A stretch of DNA of 20,000 nucleotides from an uncultured Thermoplasmatales archaeon (lineage in GTDB: Archaea; Thermoplasmatota; E2; DHVEG-1), in NCBI GenBank assembly GCA_964414035.1, contig CAYPUK010000073.1, positions 6,399 through 26,398 on the forward strand, written 5' to 3'. The position numbers and the translations under genes were made by a program. Positions 9,401-17,128 of this stretch are shown here, in pieces (the stretch's first letter is position 1; each line of letters begins with the position of its first letter). The notes below the pieces were generated by a model. That model did not search any database. It was not told the DNA's origin and saw only the letters and a list, made by a program, of their open reading frames with translations.

Positions 9401-9457
9401 AAATAAGAGTAAAACAAGTATTCCACTTGAAATAATTTGCAAAATATGTTTTTTCAT
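6407..9457 (-). CDS. Large secreted protein: DUF2341-like domain + seven propeller-like repeats + two Ig-like domains + Gly/Ser/aromatic-rich C-terminal tail
   Basis: The preferred start is ATG 9457 (MKKHILQIISSGILVLLLFSAMQSS signal peptide), 14 nt after the upstream gene's stop. The longer track ORF (to 9547) would overlap that gene. DUF2341-like: DYADLRFKFNTDDYWLPYWIEEKN..YAIIWLRISSLPEGQSNISVFYGNP. Seven repeats of type FFVVWEDG..NIYGKFFDINGDQIGSEKIIS. Ig-like: LNDWYISESVILWLHAEDYPKDTGSGVKSIYYTLNNG..WTVVFWASDNAGNIE..IKIDADRP. Confidence 0.85.
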   Translation of the reverse strand: MKKHILQIISSGILVLLLFSAMQSSSISTDIVEETTKNLSDTVSVDDNYYTWDDTFDNAQKIDDTHSEHYLVEDGKVVMYATFPQWTDAAWTRMKIISITSAVSMSDAVIKITVDYDSDMRSDYADLRFKFNTDDYWLPYWIEEKNPEPNNPYAIIWLRISSLPEGQSNISVFYGNPTATDESEYWSVFDENSWQKYYAHDHKVSYHMENEGAWDPDVCWGDDRFFVSWEEGTPRYLPLGMIYRQQIRGCFYSEEGEQIGNRFDITEWNENPTTAFRCENPAASYGKSESTELFFVAYEYYNTPSDDLSRDIKGALVAADATSITDVEYIDICVESGNQADPVVSYDDGQHRFFVVWEDGREGTSNYNIYGKFFDINGDQIGSEKIISDNPNSQCEPWITLDAKNNHYMIVWEEGVDPELGPFEIWGQLFTINGDSLGDEFLISQQASSVVDYNFPCVAFCDLTERFLITWQEDDISDNEWYGHIWGKLLDENGNTVVDTFKIANGAFERTNVVPHLSSSFFVVYDGGGDIWGKLVSSEGNVNPYVLQLSDSESDPADWANIDSSGDHIFVAWEDTRVEYPDPYNALNLPDVYSNTWSFNTPSGSEVTYNVSEEHSLVVTSQIMSEPITPSNLESWHLFEAEKQGDITFDIVNGYDPTDVIMADVSSGANIQNIKSSSIRLKATFHRNNPSSSPFLDYWSVSYVGEDDEPPETTVEDIEGIQGLNDWYISESVILWLHAEDYPKDTGSGVKSIYYTLNNGEQQTYNPDSGLKLSTSQSSNWMGEWTVVFWASDNAGNIESRTSSDNRRVIKIDADRPYVEITSPANEEEVETPFWVRSNPSDNVGIERVEFDIEPFGEREGLPYVDNEPPFEWYCDVEEIEDQLSLDPELSSAGANVMIRAQAFDESGQTWTDQHWVHITNWESSGDFSNAIGFIIGMGQSGSNLNLFSSENHRFPSCLHLGRLQWQFDEGFCFSAGTSGVYGRSGAQSGSAQLFFGIAGEHNQWFAGIGLGILMH

Positions 9458-9470
9458 CGTTTTTTTCAAT

Positions 9471-12044
9471 TTACCATTCCTCCACATTTTCATACCATTG
9501 GGTTTCCCCATGTTGATTCGTCCATAACAAATCGACATCAAACTCATCAGTGCTCACTTCATAATCAAGCCAAATATACGGAAGTAACCGGTCACCTTTC
9601 CACCATTCAAGATTAAGATAAAATTGAAGGTTACTCAACGTAATATTTACTCCATATTGATCAAGATAAGTCACATAAAAACTAAAATCTTTGATGATTG
9701 ATCCATCATTATACTTGTTAACCGCAAAATACCCAGGATCAACGCTTCCTTGATCAGATCCTAAGCCTTGTTTTAAATCCCAACTCATGTCAAATTTGAT
9801 AGTTTCTGAAATGGTAATACCGCCACCAAAATCAAAATCAGTACTATTCAATGCAAAATCATTGAAATCAATGGAAAGATCTTCTTCTTGATCAAGTTGA
9901 ATTTGAAAACTTCCTGTTTGACCAATATACCAATCCATATGTAGGTCGGTTGATTTTCCTTGATATTGTAAATTTAAGATTAATCCATCCATGACATCGA
10001 CCATACCACCTAAATGAAGATCATTAATCTTCAAGGAATCTCCACTGGTATCAATATTCCAATCTGCTTGTAAATTATCCGCTGAAATTTGGCTTACTGA
10101 CAGTGATAAGCCATCCCCTGAGACATTATTAGTTACCTCTAAATCCTCACCAAATATTCCCTGAGTAGTATCAAAAAAGAAATGACCATTCTCATCTAAT
10201 TTGAACCGAGTATTGATATGTCCATTTCGGATAGTTAGCACATTATGGATTGAAAATCCTTTATAATCAAGATTAATTTCAACCGGATCAGCTGGCCCTA
10301 GCGACCCTCTCCACATTTCTGCATAACCTTCAAGGTTGTTCCATTGTAATTTAGCCTGAACTTCTGATTCTGCAGGTATTTCAGAAACTTTTACGATTGG
10401 TGTGCTTTCACCAGGAAGAAACGCCTGAATACACGCTACATTGTTACTACAAGTATGTTGAACATTTCCATAAAAATAATTATTTGGATTTTGCAAATCT
10501 GATAAATCAACATTAAGAGTTGCTGCTGCATCTATTCGGATATCAGAGGGCAACCCTTGTGGGACATTCATAAAGATTTGATCTTCAACTTCATCCTCTG
10601 TTTTTGGAAAAAACACATTTATTCCACCAAGTTCAGAACTCATAGAAAGATTAACAAATCCATCTGCATGTGCATAAAAAATTGGACTTGCCACAAAAGA
10701 AAAATCCAAATCCCATGAAATATCAATGTGCTTTGGAAGATGAACAAGTTCAACTTTTTCCTCAAAAAGCGGCGAATTTACAATAACACCTACATCAAAA
10801 ATATGACTTGCATCATATGCAAATTTACCACCCAATAACTCATGATCACCAATAATATCAGTATCAAATTTCATCCACCGACCTGTTTGACCAAGAGTTG
10901 CATCAATTTCATCAAAAACCAAGGTTAACTCAATCTCCTCAGCCACCCCAGATAAAATATTAGATATAAACGTAATTGCGGTTTCACTATTTTGCTGACT
11001 ATCCTCATCAAAATAATAATACAATTGCCCATCTGAAGGAATAAATTTTGTTCTTAAAGACACCGCAGGATTAAATTCAATTGAAAAAGCAATATCATAA
11101 GATGGACTTGTAGAACCCTCCCGATACGCTGAAAAACCATATAACACTTCAAATGCTCCTTTACCCTTTGAAGAACCTGGATCCATCTGATGTTGGAAGA
11201 GACTTGGACCAAATAATTCAGTTCTTGCAATGGAAAAACGTTTTTCTGCATAGCGAGGAATATCCTCTCCCTCGGGAGACCGGTAACCTAGACCTATGAC
11301 AAAATGATCTGAATCAGCAGCAGAAACCAAATCATACCCATCTTCTGAGAAAAGAGTAAAGAATATTTCAAAATGAGTTAAACGATTAATAAACTGATGG
11401 AATCTATGTTCAACTTGAGAAAACTTGCTAAATCTATCCAGCAAAGAATCAAGTAGTGACAAACTATGGACTTGTTTTTTTAGTAAGCCATAATTCACAT
11501 GCAATTCAGACCATACTTGCATGTCCCCATCTTGATCCTGAATGTAATTACCCGTTTCTAATTGACGGACTCTAACTCTTTTTTCTAAGGATTTAACATC
11601 ATTTCCACTTTCATCTTTAATAACAGACCAATAAAAACCAGCGATTACCTCAACATCATTTTCAGAGTCTGCATCAATATCAAAAGAAATTCGTTCACCA
11701 TACTCAGGATGTTTCAAAAATTTATCTTTAAAATCTGAAATGTTAACAGGAACCTGTTTTTCAAAGACCTCATCATTATATTCTATTTGAATCCACCATT
11801 CCAATATGTTTGAATGCTGATTAATCCATGGTAAATCTATGTCAGTAATGTGACGATCATCATCTTGTGTTTGGTAATTTGAAAAAATGGAGGGTATTTC
11901 AGAAAAATCATTCTCGGTACTTTTTACACAAGATTCAATCATCTGAGAATATCCAAGTTTTTCGTTATTTCCATATTGTTCTATACCCGATGTTATGGTG
12001 CAAAAAAAAGATAACGTAATAAATACAACCAGTATCTTTCTCAC
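9471..12044 (-). CDS. Large secreted acidic protein of unknown function (orphan by eye)
   Basis: The track ORF starts at TTG 12065. A perfect SD, GAGGTGAT (12051-12058, minus), sits 6 nt upstream of GTG 12044, which yields a clean signal peptide (M)RKILVVFITLSFFCTITSG. About 857 aa, very D/E/N-rich, with beta-rich degenerate modules containing W-x-[IL]-D-type motifs. No family recognised. Confidence 0.8.
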   Translation of the reverse strand: MRKILVVFITLSFFCTITSGIEQYGNNEKLGYSQMIESCVKSTENDFSEIPSIFSNYQTQDDDRHITDIDLPWINQHSNILEWWIQIEYNDEVFEKQVPVNISDFKDKFLKHPEYGERISFDIDADSENDVEVIAGFYWSVIKDESGNDVKSLEKRVRVRQLETGNYIQDQDGDMQVWSELHVNYGLLKKQVHSLSLLDSLLDRFSKFSQVEHRFHQFINRLTHFEIFFTLFSEDGYDLVSAADSDHFVIGLGYRSPEGEDIPRYAEKRFSIARTELFGPSLFQHQMDPGSSKGKGAFEVLYGFSAYREGSTSPSYDIAFSIEFNPAVSLRTKFIPSDGQLYYYFDEDSQQNSETAITFISNILSGVAEEIELTLVFDEIDATLGQTGRWMKFDTDIIGDHELLGGKFAYDASHIFDVGVIVNSPLFEEKVELVHLPKHIDISWDLDFSFVASPIFYAHADGFVNLSMSSELGGINVFFPKTEDEVEDQIFMNVPQGLPSDIRIDAAATLNVDLSDLQNPNNYFYGNVQHTCSNNVACIQAFLPGESTPIVKVSEIPAESEVQAKLQWNNLEGYAEMWRGSLGPADPVEINLDYKGFSIHNVLTIRNGHINTRFKLDENGHFFFDTTQGIFGEDLEVTNNVSGDGLSLSVSQISADNLQADWNIDTSGDSLKINDLHLGGMVDVMDGLILNLQYQGKSTDLHMDWYIGQTGSFQIQLDQEEDLSIDFNDFALNSTDFDFGGGITISETIKFDMSWDLKQGLGSDQGSVDPGYFAVNKYNDGSIIKDFSFYVTYLDQYGVNITLSNLQFYLNLEWWKGDRLLPYIWLDYEVSTDEFDVDLLWTNQHGETQWYENVEEW

Positions 12045-12050
12045 TTCTCC

Positions 12051-12058
12051 ATCACCTC
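12051..12058 (-). promoter_or_regulatory. Shine-Dalgarno site GAGGTGAT for the 857-aa gene
   Basis: It is complementary to the canonical 16S 3' tail (AUCACCUCC) and lies 6 nt from GTG 12044. Confidence 0.5.
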
Positions 12059-12098
12059 TTTTCAATTCTATTTACATCCTTAATAGTCCTAACACTAT

Positions 12099-12112
12099 CT
12101 TTATATATTTTA
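12099..12112 (-). promoter_or_regulatory. Candidate TATA box for the minus-strand secretome operon
   Basis: The plus strand reads ctttatatatttta (minus strand taaaatatataaag), ~55-65 nt upstream of GTG 12044. This would place the TSS at ~12075. Confidence 0.35.
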
Positions 12113-12423
12113 TTCACTTTAAATTTCAATGAAATGCTACAGAAAAGAAATGTTATGAGGAGTAGGGATTCTGGTTTCTAAATGAAAAAAGGGCAACTTA
12201 AAGGAGGCAAAAATAAATCGTAAGGGGGTGTTGAAACCAGAACCCACAGAGTGTTTTATTTGTCCCACATAAGGAAGATTTGAATTTTCATCGCGATGTT
12301 TAATCATAACCTTCCCTTTTTTCATCTATATAAACAATACCGATATTTATTAATAAAACGTATGAGTGAAATTATGTTCAAAATAGGAAAAATTTAAAAT
12401 CAAAGGAGGCATATGAACAAATA

Positions 12424-13395
12424 ATGGAAAATGTGGATTTGAAAGATCGGCGAATTTTATACGAATTAGACCGAAATTCTCGCGAATCATTCACTCAAAT
12501 TGGAAAGAAAGTGGGCCTCCATAAAAATGTAGTCAATTATAGAATAAAAAGGATGCAAGATAGGGGAATCATCAATGATTTCTATACAGTTATTGACACG
12601 TTCAAACTTGGGTATAATAGCCTTAGATTTTATATTGTGTATCAAAATACTACTCCATCCATTCGGGAAGAGATAATATCACATTTTGTTGAAAATAAAT
12701 TTACTTGGTGGGTTGGATCATTTGAAGGAGAATATGATCTGGCAGTCGTAGTTTGGATAAAGGACCTTCAGGAATTTTATAGTTTTTGGGAATCAACGCT
12801 AAAAAAATATCATAAATATTTCAAGCGACAAATGTTTTCTCTTTATGAACAGCTCAGATTGTTTCGGCATAGCTTCTTAATGATCGGAGAGTATAATAAG
12901 GAAGACCGGGAAAAATTCGAGATTACCGGTGGTGGAAAAAAAATAAAGACTGATGAAACTGATTTTCAAATCTTATCTTTATTAGCTAAAAACGCAAGAA
13001 TTCCCACTGTTAGAATTGCTGAAAAGTTAGATATGACTGTCGATACCATTTTGAGTAGAATACAAAATCTTGAATCCTCGGATATTATCCAAGCTTATAG
13101 GGTCAACGTTGATTACGCAAAATTAGGGTATCATCTTTTCAAAGTTAATCTTACGCTAAATGATTATTCTAATAGAGGAAAAATTATCAATTATATTAAG
13201 TACAATCCTCATTTAATCATGATTGATAATGCCATAGGGTTTTATGATCTTGAACTTGATTTTCATCTGAAAAACTTAGATCATTTACGCAGTGTTATGG
13301 ATGATCTTTCAGAAAAATTCCCTGAGGATATTAATTGTTACAATTTCGCCCATGATCCCATCAAACATAAAATGGTCTACATCCCAAAACAATAA
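12424..13395 (+). CDS. Lrp/AsnC-family transcriptional regulator, tandem-duplicated (two HTH + two ligand-binding/RAM-like halves in one chain)
   Basis: First half: DLKDRRILYELDRNSRESFTQIGKKVGLHKNVVNYRIKRMQDRGIINDFYTVIDTFKLGY. Second half: DETDFQILSLLAKNARIPTVRIAEKLDMTVDTILSRIQNLESSDIIQAYRVNVDYAKLGYHLF. Both match the Lrp/AsnC HTH-plus-linker pattern. AGGAGG lies ~14 nt upstream of the ATG. Confidence 0.88.
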   Translation: MENVDLKDRRILYELDRNSRESFTQIGKKVGLHKNVVNYRIKRMQDRGIINDFYTVIDTFKLGYNSLRFYIVYQNTTPSIREEIISHFVENKFTWWVGSFEGEYDLAVVVWIKDLQEFYSFWESTLKKYHKYFKRQMFSLYEQLRLFRHSFLMIGEYNKEDREKFEITGGGKKIKTDETDFQILSLLAKNARIPTVRIAEKLDMTVDTILSRIQNLESSDIIQAYRVNVDYAKLGYHLFKVNLTLNDYSNRGKIINYIKYNPHLIMIDNAIGFYDLELDFHLKNLDHLRSVMDDLSEKFPEDINCYNFAHDPIKHKMVYIPKQ

Positions 13396-13482
13396 AAAGT
13401 GGCAATTTTTTATATATGGGGGTAAAATATAATATGTATTCTATCATATTACTAGATAGTTAAGCTAGCGAGATTGCTCAAG

Positions 13483-15816
13483 ATGCGCATATGTAAAATA
13501 TACACTATCCTTAGTTTAATTCTTTGTTTTCTACTTTTATTACCCAGCTTCCAACCTTCCATATTATCAATATTTTTAGAAGAAAAAGGTCAACTGAAGT
13601 TTAAACAACTCCCCAAAACAAACAAAGAGTTGGAAAAAGTTTCAGCGTCAACAGATGAACAATTCAAATATATTATTATCACTCCAACATCCTTTTTAAA
13701 AAGTTTTCAAATTTTACTCAAGCATAAATCACAATATGTAAAATCTACCATAATCACGGTTGAAGAAATCGTAAAAAACGAAAGTTTCTGGGTTAACGGA
13801 CAATATGGTGATGGAACAAGTAGCATCAACGGAAATCCGTTCATTCAACCTGGAGAACAGGTAACAACTAACTATTCAAGATTTAATAATACTGCTGCAA
13901 AAATTAGGAATTTCATCCGATTTGCATATACTAACTGGAAAACACAATTCGTTTTATTAGGAGGAGACACTGAGTTCATACCAAGTAGACATTTTTTTGG
14001 ATATATCCCCAATTGGTCCGCAGGAAAAATTGTCAAACCTATCCAGGCATCAATAATATCTGATCATTATTATGCTGCGCTAAATGGTACGTGGAATAAT
14101 GATTTTGATGATCACTTTGGCGAGGAAGCAACATTTTCAGTAGAGGATGAAGCTGATTTTTCAGCTGAGGTGTGCATTGGCCGGGCACCAGTAAATGATG
14201 CCCACGAGGCCGATATTTTTGTTGATAAGGTAATATCATTTGAAACTAGCGACAAACCAAAAAATGTACAGTTTCATCAATCATATACCAATCCTCAACA
14301 TATACCAGATACAACAAAAGTTACTGAAATGTGTAAGAACTGGATTCCATCAGATTACAAGTTGTTCACTCTTTATGAAAAAGATGGAATTGTAGAGGTC
14401 GATGATTGGAAAGACTCATTTTCAAATCCAGATAAACTCTTATTATTTCACGTTGGAAACGGCTACAACGACGGATTGTATTCTTGGTACCAATTATCAT
14501 GGAATAAACAAAAACGAATAAAATTTAACGTCTTAGACGCTGGAAGTTTGTCAAATTCTTTTTATCCAATTCATATTTCAATCTCATGTCTAACAAGTGA
14601 TTTCAGCGAAAATGAGTGTTTAGCTGAAGAACTCCTCCTCACTCGAAATGGAGGCCCAAGTGCATGTATTGGAAACTCTGAAGTGGGCTGCATCTCACGT
14701 GATGACGCAGGTGCATACTCAGGTGAATTTTTTGAACAGATTTTCAAAAACATCTTCAATGATTCAGAACAACATTTAGGGAAAAATGTTCAACTAGCAA
14801 AAGAATATTTTTCAAATATTGCTAAGTCTGATAGGAAGTATCGATGGTGTTTTTACGAAATCAATTTACTTGGAGATCCTGAAACACCTATCTTTTCAAA
14901 AAGAAAAGTAAATGAAAACAATTCATGTACAGTCATTGTTAATCAAGATTTCAACAAAGAAACCCCTGGTTGGAACAGTACTCATTTCAACAATATTCAA
15001 TTAGCAATCAATCACATCAATCCTTATGGAACTATTATTGTCAAGCCAGGTGTTTACAAAGAGCATCTTTTCATTAACAAAACAATAACACTCAAAGGAT
15101 CAAATAAATCAACAGTCATCTTAACTAATAAACACCATGATAATTCATTACTTCTCCAACTTTCATGTCATTCCACAACAATACAAAATTTTAGTATACT
15201 ATGGAATGAATCAACACAAAAAAACCCGCCTTATGCATTAATTCAAATCTTGCCAAAGTACAATGGCAATACTATTAAAAACATGATAATCCAAGGAAAA
15301 AGCGATTTTGGCATTCTAGTTAGCAACTCAATACGAAACACGATTAAGGGAAACTGGATAATAGAAAATCAAAAGGGAATTGGACTGATCAATAATTTAG
15401 GAGGATTATTTCCATCGCAAGTTATTGTCACTTGCGATAATATTATTTCGAATAATCAAATAGAAAATCAAGAACAATGTGGAATAATCATAGAGGGAAG
15501 CATTCACAATTACATTTTCAATAATACATTTATTATGGATTCAAAAGATGAAAATCTAGAGGAGCAATTGTTTTTTAATCCGTATCTTCAACTAGTCAAT
15601 ACCAAACTAAATGAAATTTATGGTAACTATTGGAATGAACCAAGAGTCAAACCTTATCCAATTCATACATTGAAAGGTCCTATCACAATTTTTTCATTAG
15701 ACCTCTCAAGAGGATTAGTGTTTAAATTATTCAAATGTATCCTCATTCTCAACCTTGGATACCCCGCAACGGTTTTTGATACAACACCATCTCAACACCC
15801 TATTTCTTTTTTGTAA
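13483..15816 (+). CDS. Secreted peptidase C25 (gingipain)-like domain protein fused to a right-handed parallel beta-helix (PbH1/NosD-like) domain
   Basis: ATG 13483 is preferred over TTG 13474 (MRICKIYTILSLILCFLLLLPS signal/anchor). C25 hallmarks: YIIITPTSF..., FVLLGGDTEFIP, SDHYYAALNG, VCIGRAPVNDAHEADIFVDKVISFE, ISISCLTSDF, GGPSACIGNS, INLLGDPETPIF. Beta-helix: GTIIVKPGVYKEHLFINKTITLKGSNKSTVIL plus repeated N-rich turns. Confidence 0.82.
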   Translation: MRICKIYTILSLILCFLLLLPSFQPSILSIFLEEKGQLKFKQLPKTNKELEKVSASTDEQFKYIIITPTSFLKSFQILLKHKSQYVKSTIITVEEIVKNESFWVNGQYGDGTSSINGNPFIQPGEQVTTNYSRFNNTAAKIRNFIRFAYTNWKTQFVLLGGDTEFIPSRHFFGYIPNWSAGKIVKPIQASIISDHYYAALNGTWNNDFDDHFGEEATFSVEDEADFSAEVCIGRAPVNDAHEADIFVDKVISFETSDKPKNVQFHQSYTNPQHIPDTTKVTEMCKNWIPSDYKLFTLYEKDGIVEVDDWKDSFSNPDKLLLFHVGNGYNDGLYSWYQLSWNKQKRIKFNVLDAGSLSNSFYPIHISISCLTSDFSENECLAEELLLTRNGGPSACIGNSEVGCISRDDAGAYSGEFFEQIFKNIFNDSEQHLGKNVQLAKEYFSNIAKSDRKYRWCFYEINLLGDPETPIFSKRKVNENNSCTVIVNQDFNKETPGWNSTHFNNIQLAINHINPYGTIIVKPGVYKEHLFINKTITLKGSNKSTVILTNKHHDNSLLLQLSCHSTTIQNFSILWNESTQKNPPYALIQILPKYNGNTIKNMIIQGKSDFGILVSNSIRNTIKGNWIIENQKGIGLINNLGGLFPSQVIVTCDNIISNNQIENQEQCGIIIEGSIHNYIFNNTFIMDSKDENLEEQLFFNPYLQLVNTKLNEIYGNYWNEPRVKPYPIHTLKGPITIFSLDLSRGLVFKLFKCILILNLGYPATVFDTTPSQHPISFL

Positions 15817-15911
15817 TACTTGCAAGGAAAATTTGATAATGATTGTCTTCATGTATCCATTGCTCTTCATACAACTCCTAATCTTATTAAAACAGGTGAT
15901 GAGAAGATATA

Positions 15912-17057
15912 ATGAAAAAAATCATTACAAAAATAAAATCAAATCTTCTTCATAAGTGGTGGTTTCAACAACAAGATACTTTTTTTGACCGCATCATTAA
16001 CATACCTGTAAACCTGAGCAATTACCTTCCATCACCTTTAAAAAAGTCATTTGTAACTTCTATTGATACTATTGGACTAGCATTGTTTAGACTTATCCAT
16101 GTGCTCTCATCGATTTTTCAACCATATTACCTTTTTGAAGGATCTGAAAAACTAACATCAAAAAGAATAAAAATCCTTTTTAAAGGCAACCCTAAAAACC
16201 TGCAATTCATCACTAAAAGATTATATCGGGATCCCATTCAGATTACAAAAGTAAATAAAAAACAAGCAAAAAAATGGAAAAGCAAAAAAGGAAAAAAGGA
16301 AAAATTTCATCCTAATGCAGTCATAACCGAATCGGATATATTTTACAGATCATATTTCCAAAAGAAAGGAGGTATCATCATTCCCGAATACGTCACCTTT
16401 CTCCTTGATACAGCAAGATCAATGGATGAAATCATCGATAGAATCTCAAGTGATATAGTTCAGGATCTTCAAAAAGCAAAAAAAACAAATTACACTTTTG
16501 AAGTACGAAATGATTTGGATGCATTTAATTTATTCTATAATAAAATGTATTTACCATATATTAATTGGAAACATAAAAATTCCAATCGAACCGCATCATA
16601 TGCAACCATACAACATCTGCATGCACAGGGAGCAGAAATACTATTTATAAAACACGCTGATGAATATATTTTTGGAGGGATTTTTCACAAAGAAAAAAAC
16701 ATTATGAAAACATATTATGCAGGACTGATGAACAATAAATTTAGTCATTTACATAATGGCATTATGGCCGTATCCTATTATTATTTGATTATCATTGCAA
16801 AGAAAAGATCATGTCAGTTCATAGATTTTGGCACAGCAGGACCATTCACTGATGACGGATTGCACATGTATAAAAACAAATGGAAAATGGACATTATCAA
16901 ATCTCCACCTTATTCTTCAGACATCTTTTCAATAAAAATCTTCAACAAACAAAACATCTTCGACCAATTCATAAATGATCATCCCATTTATTATTTTGAT
17001 GGAGGTAGGTTAAGACTACTAAAAAAAGATTGTTTACCAAGGTCAAAAAAAGCATAA
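15912..17057 (+). CDS. FemAB/CelD/BioF2-like GNAT acyltransferase (Acetyltransf_6-type domain) with unassigned N-terminal region and Lys-rich linker
   Basis: The C-terminal half, FYNKMYLPY...GAEILFIKHADEYIFGGIF...YYAGL...HNGIMAVSYYYLIIIAKKRSCQFIDFGTAGPFTDDGLHMYKNKWKMD, follows the FemAB-like GNAT pattern (..G...a......Y.g......y..i.wA...G....DfG.g....gl..fK..wg). SD GGTGAT lies ~11 nt upstream of the ATG. Confidence 0.75.
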   Translation: MKKIITKIKSNLLHKWWFQQQDTFFDRIINIPVNLSNYLPSPLKKSFVTSIDTIGLALFRLIHVLSSIFQPYYLFEGSEKLTSKRIKILFKGNPKNLQFITKRLYRDPIQITKVNKKQAKKWKSKKGKKEKFHPNAVITESDIFYRSYFQKKGGIIIPEYVTFLLDTARSMDEIIDRISSDIVQDLQKAKKTNYTFEVRNDLDAFNLFYNKMYLPYINWKHKNSNRTASYATIQHLHAQGAEILFIKHADEYIFGGIFHKEKNIMKTYYAGLMNNKFSHLHNGIMAVSYYYLIIIAKKRSCQFIDFGTAGPFTDDGLHMYKNKWKMDIIKSPPYSSDIFSIKIFNKQNIFDQFINDHPIYYFDGGRLRLLKKDCLPRSKKA

Positions 17058-17128
17058 TTATAAAATTCAACACTCCATAAGGTTCAGAAATAACGGTAAT
17101 TTCAAATCCCTAGGATCACAGAGGACTT

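Noticed and set aside
9458-9547. N-terminal extension of the 1046-aa track ORF (MSLMSICYGRINMGKPNG...)
   Set aside because: It would overlap the 3' end of the upstream gene by 77 nt and would bury the signal peptide. ATG 9457 gives a canonical MKKH + hydrophobic signal sequence 14 nt after the upstream stop.
12045-12065. TTG start at 12065 for the 864-aa track ORF; likewise TTG at 6345 and TTG at 13474
   Set aside because: The first seven codons of the 864-aa ORF contain the SD sequence GAGGTGAT itself. GTG 12044, ATG 6342 and ATG 13483 give better signal-peptide N-termini and spacing.
12169-12248. Hairpin TTCTGGTTTC..GAAACCAGAA followed by CCCACA, considered as an archaeal H/ACA guide RNA
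   Set aside because: The 54-nt interior is purine-rich on one strand and pyrimidine-rich on the other. It cannot form the required upper stem or K-turn. No C/D boxes are present either. It is kept only as a low-interest note.
15755-15955. 66-aa ORF bridging the C25-like gene end and the GNAT gene start
   Set aside because: It overlaps both neighbours in other frames and has no start signal. The GNAT gene has its own GGTGAT SD and ATG at 15912.
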